This document shows positions 29,548 through 37,915 of a DNA stretch of 64,000 nucleotides, piece after piece. The position numbers and the translations under genes are program-made. The stretch is from Deltaproteobacteria bacterium (GTDB lineage Bacteria > Myxococcota_A > UBA9160 > SMWR01). Location: the NCBI GenBank assembly GCA_032128375.1, contig JAQBGU010000188.1, positions 16,996-80,995 on the forward strand. Reading direction: 5' to 3'. Position 1 is the first letter of the stretch; the number at the start of each line of letters is the position of its first letter. The notes under the pieces are model-generated. The model was not told the DNA's origin. It saw only the letters and a list, made by a program, of their open reading frames with translations, and did not search any database.

Positions 29548-30747
29548 ATGAAGATACTCGTCGTCTCGTCGCGCCCGCCGTGGCCGCCGGTCATGGCCGA
29601 TTCCATGACGACGGATCGCCTGATTCGATTTCTCGCCGCACGCGGACACAGCGTTGATCTCGCTTGCTTCGTCGAAGATTCAGCTTCCGAGCGCGTGTTG
29701 CGGCGTGGACTGGGCGATGTGTGTGCGGAGATCCTCACCGTTGCGCTGCCGCGATGGCGCTCCTACGCCGCAACCGCGTTGACGCTGCCGGGCCGGCTGC
29801 CCATGCAGGTGCAGTACTACGGCTCGAACATCATGAGCGAGTTGATTCGGGAGCGCGTGGCCGAGGGCCGCTACGACCTGGTGTACACCCACCTGATTCG
29901 AATGGCCGAGCACACGAGAATGCTCGACATCCCCAAGGCGCTGGGGATGCAGATCTCGCAGGCGCTGAATCTGCGGCGGATGTTCGATCACAGCAAGGAC
30001 CCGTTCCGGCGGCTGTTCTACAGGATCGAGAGCACGAAGGTGCAGGCGTACGAAGCCCGGGTCTGCTCTGATTTCGAGCGGGTTTTTCTGTGTGGATCGT
30101 CGGACGTCGAGGCTATCGAAAAGACTGTCGTCATCCCCAACGCAAGGGTATGCCCGCACGGCCAAGACATACCTCCTCTCGAACGCGTAAGGGCAGCGAT
30201 TCGGGAGCCCGGCGCGATCGTCGTAAGCGGGGTGATGTCGACCTACACCAATGTCGATGCGGTGACATGGTTCGCCGAGCACGTCTTTCCGTTGATCGAA
30301 CGTGAGGTCCCCGAGGCAAAGTTCTGGATCGTCGGACGCAACCCGCAACGCCAGGTACGGGCGCTCGCACGCCCCGACAAGGTCATTGTGACCGGCGAGG
30401 TTCCGGACGTGTACGATTGGCTTTGTCGCGCCCAGGTGGCGGTCGCGCCGCTTCGTATTGGAGCAGGAATGCAGAACAAGGTGGTGCAAGCGATGGCATG
30501 CGAATTGCCGGTAGTCGCGACGCCGGTGGCCAACGAAGGAATCGGCGCGGCACCCAATGCGAACATCCTGCTTTGCGACGACGTGCAATCCATCGCAGAG
30601 GCGGTAGTCGGACTGCTCCGCAGCGAAAACGAGCGCGTGCGGATCGGGTACGCAGCGCGCGCTTTCGTCGAAGCGAACTGGACCTGGGAAGCGAATTTCG
30701 AACGCCTCGAAAAATGGCTCATCGAGGCCACCCAGATCGCGAACTGA
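29548..30747 (+). CDS. Glycosyltransferase, GT4-like
   Basis: 'MKILVVSSRPPWPP' N-terminus and 'LRIGAGMQNKVVQAMACELPVVATPVANEGI' C-terminal block. The ATG at 29548 is preferred over 29515. Confidence 0.8.
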   Translation: MKILVVSSRPPWPPVMADSMTTDRLIRFLAARGHSVDLACFVEDSASERVLRRGLGDVCAEILTVALPRWRSYAATALTLPGRLPMQVQYYGSNIMSELIRERVAEGRYDLVYTHLIRMAEHTRMLDIPKALGMQISQALNLRRMFDHSKDPFRRLFYRIESTKVQAYEARVCSDFERVFLCGSSDVEAIEKTVVIPNARVCPHGQDIPPLERVRAAIREPGAIVVSGVMSTYTNVDAVTWFAEHVFPLIEREVPEAKFWIVGRNPQRQVRALARPDKVIVTGEVPDVYDWLCRAQVAVAPLRIGAGMQNKVVQAMACELPVVATPVANEGIGAAPNANILLCDDVQSIAEAVVGLLRSENERVRIGYAARAFVEANWTWEANFERLEKWLIEATQIAN

Positions 30748-31168
30748 GCTTCGATCCGGCGAACGCGCCTAACAGGAAGCGCAGTGTCGCAACAGTGAGC
30801 GCCGCCAGCCTGGCGGATCAATACTGGAGCGAGTTCGATTGTGATCCGCAAGATTGGAAATACGGGGGCCCCGATCCCAGCGCGACCTTCCGGGTGGGTG
30901 CCTTCGAGCACGACAAGCTCGTAGCGCTGGCGGGCTTTTGCGAACTCCCTGAGAAAGCGGGCGACCCTGTAGTCATCATCCATCCGGGTTTCGCGGGCGC
31001 GGCTTCGCTGGGGCGGTGGCGAGCGCCGTCGTCGAGCAAGCATTGTTGAGGGACCGGGTGGTGCTCTACCAAACGCTGGCCTCCAACTCCTCGGCCGTCG
31101 CAGTCGCACCCCGACTGGGCTTCGAACACTACGGAAGTCAAATGGCGGTGCGCCTGAGCCCGGCCTGA
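30714..31168 (+). pseudogene. GNAT-family acetyltransferase interrupted by a 1-nt frameshift
   Basis: The upstream frame reads ...FRVGAFEHDKLVALAGFCEL...VVIIHPGF. The downstream frame reads (G)FRGRGFAGAVASAVVEQAL...VVLYQTLASNSSAVAVAPRLGFEHYG, which is GNAT motif A plus the C-terminus. The frames join if one G is added in the GGG run at 30986-30988. The start could be 30714 (ATG) or 30795 (GTG). Confidence 0.55.
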
Positions 31169-31305
31169 ACTTTTCCATGGCGAACAGGCAATGCGTATGG
31201 AGTGACGATGGGCGGCAGACTCAATCGAGGTTTTCTCTCGTCGTCCAATCATCGTTTGGAAGTCGCGCTCTACCCCGGGCACTCCCGGGTCCATATCATG
31301 TTTCG

Positions 31306-32991
31306 ATGGGCGTCGAACCTGCGGAGCCAGCTGCGGCGAATGGGAACGCCTGGCTGCCCGCGTCACACGCTGAGCGAACGTTGCTGGCCTGCCTGCTCGT
31401 CGTGGGTGCCGCGCTGCGCATCTACGGATTCGCCGATCACGGTTTGTGGATCGACGAGTACGGCACCTGGTGGGCAATCGCAGCACAGAACTGGAGCGAT
31501 TGTTGGAGCCGAGTTCTCGAGATCCACGGCCAATCTCCATTTTATTACCTGATCGTACGTCTTTCGGTCGATCCACTGGGCGCGGGATCTGCGGCCTTGC
31601 GAATCCCTTCGCTGGTATTCGGTATCGGATTGCTCGCGTTGGCGTACCCATTCGGCGTCCGCATCTTCCGCGACCCGCGGATCGCGCTACTGGCGGTAGC
31701 GGCCTTCGCGGTGAACGAACGCCTGATCTACTACTCGCAGGAGGCTCGCCCCTACGCGCTCGCGCTTTTTTTGGCGGTGTGCTCGTTTCATTTCTACGCA
31801 GCGTTGCTCGACCAGGATATACGCAGAAACCGGGTCGGCTACGTGGTGACGACCGCTCTGACCTACTACGCGCACTACTTTTTCGGGATCATCGTACTCG
31901 TTCAAATCGTGCACCTTCTCGCGACTCGTCGGGATCGCTGGCGATCGTGGTTCACAATGGCCGTCGCGTTGATTCTGTCGCTGCTGCCCGGCCTGTGGCA
32001 ACTTCGCACGATATTTGCCCGGCGCGATTCGCTCGATTGGATTTCGCAACCAACCGCTTGGCTCGGCCTTCTCGAACCGGCCGCGGATTTGTTGGACCCG
32101 GTCATCTTCGGGCTCACGGGCGCGGCCGCTCTGTTGTTTTGGATGCAGGAGCGTCCGGCGCCCGATCGTGCACTCGGCGCCCACGGAGGCATCGGGATCT
32201 TCTGGTTCGCCATACCGGTCCTTGTGTTTTCGATCGTTCCACAGCTCGTTGGGATCAACCTCTCCCACGCGCGATACCTGGTCGTTGCAGCACCAGCGAT
32301 ACCCCTGATCTATGCCGTCATGCTGGCAGTTCCACTTGGCCCTCGGCAAAACCAGCCTCGAGGGCTCACGAAGGGCAAGGCGGCGCTTCGATCTCTGCCA
32401 CTGTTGGTCTTCCTGAGCTCGACGGTCGCGCTCCGAATCGTTCCATTCGTCTCCGAACAAGGAGGCTTCTGGTGGTTCTACCAGCATGGATGGAGAAGCG
32501 CGGTCCAGGAGATCACAACCGGTTTCGAGCCCGGAGATCTCATCCTGTACCGAACCCATTTCGTCGAACTCGACCAAGTCGTGCGTGGAGAGGCGAGCGC
32601 CTCGACCACGGAATTCGTGGAATGGCCGCTACTCGCGCACCTGCCAGCAGGTCGCGCTTTCGCGCGCCGTGCGCTTCCTTACAGCGACGATCCGCAAAAC
32701 CGGGAGAGGCTCCGATCGGTCATGAACGAGGCGGCGAGCGCGCGCCGGATCTGGCTCGTCGGACTCGAAGTCGATGACCCGACCGGAGAGCGATTCGTTT
32801 TGTCTCGCGCGATCCGGATCGCAACACAGAGCCACGGAATGCGGATGATCGGGCGCCACCGCTATGGCCTGGTCCATGTCGTGCTGCTTACTGGGGGAGA
32901 AATTGGTGGAGGAAATGGAGGAGGGAATGGGCAAGGACGAGGCAACGGGCGGGGGGATAAGCGCAGCGAGCCGCCATTCGGGAGCGGTTAG
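31306..32991 (+). CDS. GT39/ArnT-like (PMT_2-type) membrane glycosyltransferase with a Gly/Asn-rich C-terminal tail
   Basis: 'LRIYGFADHGLWIDEYGTWW', 'GQSPFYYLIV', 'ALRIPSLVFGIGLLALAY' and 'YSQEARPYALALFL' resemble the first loops of ArnT/PMT-type transferases. About 10 TM segments. The tail is 'GGEIGGGNGGGNGQGRGNGRGD'. Confidence 0.7.
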   Translation: MGVEPAEPAAANGNAWLPASHAERTLLACLLVVGAALRIYGFADHGLWIDEYGTWWAIAAQNWSDCWSRVLEIHGQSPFYYLIVRLSVDPLGAGSAALRIPSLVFGIGLLALAYPFGVRIFRDPRIALLAVAAFAVNERLIYYSQEARPYALALFLAVCSFHFYAALLDQDIRRNRVGYVVTTALTYYAHYFFGIIVLVQIVHLLATRRDRWRSWFTMAVALILSLLPGLWQLRTIFARRDSLDWISQPTAWLGLLEPAADLLDPVIFGLTGAAALLFWMQERPAPDRALGAHGGIGIFWFAIPVLVFSIVPQLVGINLSHARYLVVAAPAIPLIYAVMLAVPLGPRQNQPRGLTKGKAALRSLPLLVFLSSTVALRIVPFVSEQGGFWWFYQHGWRSAVQEITTGFEPGDLILYRTHFVELDQVVRGEASASTTEFVEWPLLAHLPAGRAFARRALPYSDDPQNRERLRSVMNEAASARRIWLVGLEVDDPTGERFVLSRAIRIATQSHGMRMIGRHRYGLVHVVLLTGGEIGGGNGGGNGQGRGNGRGDKRSEPPFGSG

Positions 32992-33119
32992 CTGACGAGG
33001 ATGCGCTCGCGACGCCGGGTGTCATTTGAGCTGGCGCCTGGCCGAATCGTGCGCTTGGCACGCGTGCCATGGAGGTTCCGACGGCCCGACACACCCTTGA
33101 CGGAGGATGTCATCAAACA

Positions 33120-33500
33120 ATGAGCGAACAATCGAAGACCGATGCGTCGCAAAGCGATAGTCTCAACTCGACCGAGCTGATCCCCGACCTGTTTCAGCGC
33201 TACTTCCAATTTTTTCAAACCGGGCCATCAGGAAGGTGTGGTGCCATCGCGAACCAAAGAACTCGCGCGGCTCGAGGTCGCGGAGCTGAACGACTGCGAC
33301 ACCTGACGCTTCGCCCGCTACGCGTCGGCGACGCGTCAAGGACTCGATGAGGAAACCATCGCTCAGATCTATCTTCCCGAAAAAGCCCGAAGCCTCGCGC
33401 CGCGCGATGCGCTTGCCGTCCGATTTGCGGAGAAGCCCGCGACGGATTACCGATCGGTCGATATGGCGTTCAAGGCGGAGCTGAGAGAAGTACCGACCCT
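33120..33500 (+). pseudogene. AhpD/carboxymuconolactone-decarboxylase-family gene remnant, or a selenoprotein candidate with an in-frame TGA at 33304
   Basis: N-terminal part MSEQSK...LIPDLFQRYFQFFQTG is in one frame. After the GGG run at 33222-33224 the +1 frame reads HQEGVVPSRTKELARLEVAELNDCDT-TGA-RFARYASATRQGLDEETIAQIYLPEKARSLAPRDALAVRFAEK. I do not recognise the C-terminal third in any frame. Confidence 0.4.
33320..33336 (+). other. Perfect hairpin ACGCGTC-GGC-GACGCGT, 13 nt downstream of the in-frame TGA (candidate bacterial SECIS-like element)
   Basis: Read directly: 7-bp stem and 3-nt loop. The function is inference only. Confidence 0.3.
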
Positions 33501-33966
33501 TCGCCAGGGTCGCGCCGTCGAGGGGAACTGTGGCCCACGACAGGGCGAGCAATCTCCCGAAAACGCGCGCTCGCGCATGGCGGCGCCGATTCACAATTGG
33601 TATGTGTTAGGGGCGGCACTAACAGTCGACTTCAACCGCGAGGCGTCATGCAGAAACCCAGAAACTGGCCGGCCATCATCGAACGGCTCAACAACAGCCC
33701 ACGCGGCGAACTCAAGATACGGATGGGTTCTCCGGGCAGCGCGCAGGTAACCCGATGCCGCTTGTTGGCGGAGTGGTCGAACGTCGAGATCACCACCGTC
33801 GGTGCGATTCTTCACCTGCGCCTTCCGACCCGCTAGGCGGGCTGCGCGGTGGAGCGCGAGCCCCACCTCTTCCGCCGCAAAACCCAGCCCAGACCTAGCC
33901 CACATCCAGCTCGGACCTAGACTGCTCGCACGCCCTGTTCACGAGCAAATCCAGTAGGATTGGAAG

Positions 33967-34737
33967 GTGGACGCTGTTTTGAGGGGAAAGGTCGCGCTCG
34001 TCACCGGTGTAACCCGGAAGGCGGGAATCGGGGCCGCGATCGCTCTTGAACTCGCCTCCGCTGGCGCGAGCTTGTTCATCTCCCAGTTCCGGTCCTACGA
34101 TCAGAATCAGCCGTGGGGGGTGACCGAAGATGAACCGGAACAGATCCGAGAGAATCTTCGAGCCGCCGGTGCCGATGTCGAATCGCTGGAAATCGACCTG
34201 GCAGATCCGAACTCGGCACGCGTATTGATGGAACTTGTGCGAAACCGGTTTGGCCGCGTTGATATCCTCGTCAACAACGCGGCGCATTCGGAAACGGGTG
34301 GAATCGACCAGCTGGATGCCGCGCAGCTGGATCGCCATTATGCGGTCAACCTCCGCGCTCCCGCGCTTCTGTGCGTCGAACTCGCCCGACACCACGAAAA
34401 GGGCCGCCCGGCGCGAATCATCAATGTTACATCGGGCCAAGGTCTGAGGCCGATGCCCAGCGAGCTCGCGTATGCGGCCACCAAGGGCGGGCTCGACGCA
34501 TTGACGTTGAGTATGAGTGCCTCTCTCGCTCCGCTCGGGATCACGATCAACACGGTCGACCCCGGCGCTACCGACACCGGCTGGATGAGCACAGACTTCA
34601 AACAATCCCTGGAGCGCGACTCGCCGATGAGTCGCGTGGGACTACCCAGTGATCTCGCGCCCCTCGTCCGGTTCCTTGCATCTGACGAGAGCGGTTGGAT
34701 CACCGGCCAGCTGATTCGCTCGCGCGGTGGAAGCTAG
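33967..34737 (+). CDS. Short-chain dehydrogenase/reductase (SDR)
   Basis: 'GKVALVTGVTRKAGIGAAIA' cofactor motif, 'NNAA', and 'YAATKGGLDAL' (YxxxK). 256 aa. GTG start. Confidence 0.88.
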   Translation: MDAVLRGKVALVTGVTRKAGIGAAIALELASAGASLFISQFRSYDQNQPWGVTEDEPEQIRENLRAAGADVESLEIDLADPNSARVLMELVRNRFGRVDILVNNAAHSETGGIDQLDAAQLDRHYAVNLRAPALLCVELARHHEKGRPARIINVTSGQGLRPMPSELAYAATKGGLDALTLSMSASLAPLGITINTVDPGATDTGWMSTDFKQSLERDSPMSRVGLPSDLAPLVRFLASDESGWITGQLIRSRGGS

Positions 34738-34801
34738 AGCGCAGTACGATTCGACGGAGAACCAGCCCGTTAGTATTGTTGGTATCTCACACGGAGGGTT
34801 C

Positions 34802-35320
34802 ATGTCCGATCACGCGCTTCGGCCCCTGGCGAGTCGGCCAGACCCGGCGGGATATTTTCTGACGGCGGGAGAAGGCACTGGACTCCTGCCATACAGCCAC
34901 GCAACCCAACAACTCGAGCGCGCTCGGAACTACTGGCTTGCCACAGCGGGACTCGACGGCCGACCCCATTGCATGCCAGTCTGGGGCATCTGGATCGATG
35001 AGCGATTCGTCTTCAGCACAGGCCCCGTCACGAAAAAGGCTCGAAACCTCGCAGAGAATCCAGCTGCAGTGCTCCACCTCGAAAGCGGCGCCCAGGTAGT
35101 CGTGCTGGAGTGCTCAGCCCGGGAAGTGACCGAGCCGCATGCGCTCGAGGCGTTTCGAATCGCATACAACACGAAGTACGCATGGGATTTCACACCAGAG
35201 CAGCTGTCGGGAGGGGGCGTGTTCGAACTACGACCGACAAAGGCGTTCGCATGGTGTGGCGACCACGACGAAGAGTTCTCCGGAACCGCTACACGCTGGA
35301 CGTTCCCCGACCCTGAATAA
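34802..35320 (+). CDS. Pyridoxamine 5'-phosphate oxidase-like FMN-binding family protein
   Basis: 'YWLATAGLDGRPHCMPVWGIWIDERFVFSTGPVTKKARNLAENPAAVLHLE' is the typical PPOX split-barrel pattern. The ATG at 34802 is preferred over 34727. Confidence 0.75.
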   Translation: MSDHALRPLASRPDPAGYFLTAGEGTGLLPYSHATQQLERARNYWLATAGLDGRPHCMPVWGIWIDERFVFSTGPVTKKARNLAENPAAVLHLESGAQVVVLECSAREVTEPHALEAFRIAYNTKYAWDFTPEQLSGGGVFELRPTKAFAWCGDHDEEFSGTATRWTFPDPE

Positions 35321-35612
35321 CGACCAGACTCTGCCTCCATCGGGCGGACTCGAAGTGCGCCAAGCTGGATGCATCCGGTGCTTCCGAACCTTCCAGGCTT
35401 CTGGATGATCAGCCAACTGGCAACCTGAGCGCAGGCCAGTTCCGCATCCAGCGGTTACTGTCTGCTATGTCTGCTGGTGAGGCCCAGCTGGCCGCTCGCC
35501 CCTCTTGTGAACCAAGGAGTCCCTATGACCTTGTGGCTCGATCCGTGGCGACTGCGGGTATTTCCGGGCACAGCGCTACTCGAACAACGCGGCGAATTCT
35601 GACCTGGAGCGA

Positions 35613-36143
35613 ATGAAGTTGGTTCCTACACCACTCGGCCAAGAGAATGCACTCATCGTCGTCGCAGAAATCGCGATCGCCCTTGCGGGCTTTTCCAGTA
35701 TCGTGATCGCGTTGCGTCGCGGCATGGACCAAGTCACATCGTTTGCGTTTATCCGGCTGTGGCGACTCATCGAGACGAGCCTCGCGACAGTGCTATTCGC
35801 ACTCGTTCCGTTTGCGCTCCACTACCTCGGCGTCGGCGATTCTGTACTCTGGCCCGCAGCGAGCGCAGGCCTTTGTACCTATGTGGTGTGCGCACAGATC
35901 TACATGTTCAATCGGTGGTGGGAACAATGGAAGTCCCCGGCGATCCCGTGGGCGTTCAACGGCCCGGTACTGGTGGTCCAATTTTCGGTCGTGGTCATGC
36001 TCGCGCTGAATGCGGCAGCAGTGGGGTTGAACGGCGACTTCGGACCCTATTTCGTCGCACTGCTTTGGTACTTGATGTTGTCCGCCTTGTATTTCGGACG
36101 CCTGCTGCTGCTTCGCCCGGCCTATGAGGATCTGCAGCCTTAG
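35613..36143 (+). CDS. Hypothetical integral membrane protein (~5 TM)
   Basis: Hydrophobic-helix periodicity throughout. No recognisable family motif. Confidence 0.5.
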   Translation: MKLVPTPLGQENALIVVAEIAIALAGFSSIVIALRRGMDQVTSFAFIRLWRLIETSLATVLFALVPFALHYLGVGDSVLWPAASAGLCTYVVCAQIYMFNRWWEQWKSPAIPWAFNGPVLVVQFSVVVMLALNAAAVGLNGDFGPYFVALLWYLMLSALYFGRLLLLRPAYEDLQP

Positions 36144-36206
36144 CTGACCCACGATGCTCGGAGCAGTCCGTACGCGCATCGCTGACCGCTCAGGTGTGAG
36201 ATCACA

Positions 36207-36828
36207 TTAGTCGGCCCCCGGGTGTCGGAGTCGGCGCATCCGCTCGATGACGGCGCTAGGGTCATAGTCGACTCTGTGATGAGTGATGAGTGATGAGTGA
36301 CGAGTGACGCCTGATGATGGTGGCCGACCCTGATGAGATCGGCGCCGCAGTTCTCGACTACCTGGCGCAGTTCTTTTGGCTCGAACCTGCGTGCAGTCCC
36401 AGTCCATCGTCCCGATCCGGCGCCGCGTGCACGCCGAGCAACGCGGTCCCATCGGGCAGTTTCGTCCGAAGCTCCAGCGGGAGCGCTTCTATTCTAGCCA
36501 ATCGTTCCAGTTCGACCCGGCCAGGACACCCTGTGTCCACGCGAAGGTCCCTGCACACTCCACGAGCGCGCGAATCAGGCCTGGGTCTCGACTGACCTCG
36601 TCGAGGCTCGGAGGTGGGCGGTCGCAACCCGATCGGTGTTGGCACGCACCAGGCTGACGTTGGGAAGCGCGCTGAGCGTTTCCAGCACTTGCAATGGCGC
36701 TGGCCCGAGCGCCACGAGATCCCCCAAAACCCAATAAGTGTCGGCCCCCAGCGCCGGAGAATGTCTTCCAGTACCGCCTCGAGCTCTGCAATGTTGCCAT
36801 GGATGTCCGAAAACCGTGCGATTCGCAA
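36207..36828 (-). pseudogene. Calcineurin-like metallophosphoesterase (YfcE/MJ0936-like), multiply frameshifted
   Basis: Family blocks are spread over all three minus-strand frames: (TTG)MRIARFSDIHGNIAELEAVLEDI, then GADTYWVLGDLVALGPAPLQVLETLSALPNVSLVRANTDR, then PPPSLDEVSRDPGLIRALVECAGTFAWTQ, then IEALPLELRTKLPDGTALLGVHAAPDRDD, then FEPKELRQVVENCGADLIRVGHHHQ, then VDYDPSAVIERM. The segment after GHxH is replaced by a heptamer repeat. Confidence 0.7.
36276..36310. repeat. 7-bp tandem repeat GTGATGA x3 followed by GTGACGA and GTGACGC
   Basis: Read directly. It lies inside the decayed metallophosphoesterase gene. Confidence 0.9.
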
Positions 36829-37340
36829 ACCTACTCTCCGGGCCCTGGCTTCGATCGGATGCAGTCTGACTCTGCCCTCGGCTTCGTAGCTGGCGTGCGC
36901 ACAGGCGCAGAGCTCGGATCATTGGCTGATGCGGAGCTTCGTCGCTGAGTCTCAAACGGCGGGCTTCTGCGTTGTGCGGCGGACCGACGGGGACCCCGGT
37001 CTGCCCCAATCAGACACAACCGCTCGACGAACTCTTCTACGGAGATCATTTCAACCCTCCGATCGAACTGGACATGAGGCGATTCCGGAAAATTCGGGTT
37101 CGCGGTACCCACGACACCCCTGTTCAGTGCAACGCGAACCGAACTCCGGCGTCGAGATTCGCCGCGGAGCCGCGCCGATCGACTGCGATGAAGTCTGCCA
37201 CATTTTCTAACCCGGGGGGGTGGGGGTCGGCACCGCAGATTCGATGTGATGTCCGTCTAACGCGAAGCCGACCGAATTTCGAAGCAACGTCGGGCAGCCA
37301 GCAAGATACCGGTCCCGGGCCTGATACACTCGAATCTGTG

Positions 37341-37793
37341 ATGGCGATCCTCATAGACAAGATTGTGGAAGTCGACGCGCCGCAGGACCTGGTCTGGGAC
37401 GTGATCACTGACTTTCACCGCTACGGGGAGTGGAACCCATTCGTCGTGGCATGCGATTCCACGCTAAAAATCGGCGATCCGATCGAGATGCGTGTTCACG
37501 TGTTCAAGGCCTTTGCACAGCCGCAGCGGGAAATCATCTTCGAACACGAGCCGGGCAAACGCTTCTGCTACGGCGTAGCCGGGATGCCGTTTGGCGCGAT
37601 GCGCAGCAACCGCTGCCACGAAGTGCGCGGTCTCGACTCGGGGCGCAGCGAGTATCGCTCGCATTTCGCGCTTTCTGGCTGGCTATCGCCCGTGGTTTCG
37701 ATCCTACTCGGTAGCCGACTTCGACGCGGATTCAACGCGATGGCCGAATCGATCCGAACCCGATCGGAACAGCTCGCGGGCAGAGCGCGCTGA
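37341..37793 (+). CDS. SRPBCC (START/polyketide-cyclase-like) domain protein
   Basis: 'IVEVDAPQDLVWDVITDFHRYGEWNPFV' is the typical SRPBCC N-terminus. 150 aa from the ATG at 37341. The upstream part of the track ORF (36972-) is Arg/Pro-rich non-coding-like sequence. Confidence 0.65.
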   Translation: MAILIDKIVEVDAPQDLVWDVITDFHRYGEWNPFVVACDSTLKIGDPIEMRVHVFKAFAQPQREIIFEHEPGKRFCYGVAGMPFGAMRSNRCHEVRGLDSGRSEYRSHFALSGWLSPVVSILLGSRLRRGFNAMAESIRTRSEQLAGRAR

Positions 37794-37915
37794 ACTCATA
37801 GCCGCGGGAGCAGTCGACCATCGAACCGTGTGTCAACGAAAATGAGAGCGTGGATTTCACATCAGATGCGAAAAATTTCCCATCGCGCCGAAAATCAGAT
37901 CCCTGAACTATTGGC

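Noticed and set aside
33163-33594. 143-aa minus-strand ORF in the 33-kb gap
   Set aside because: It has Arg-rich composition with no motifs, and it lies antisense to the recognisable AhpD/CMD-like reading frames.
33648-33836. 62-codon ORF (MQKPRNWPAIIERLNNSPRGELKIRMGSPGSAQV...)
   Set aside because: The composition is plausible, but it is short, has no motif and no clear RBS, and it lies in a region of decayed sequence. The evidence is insufficient to call it.
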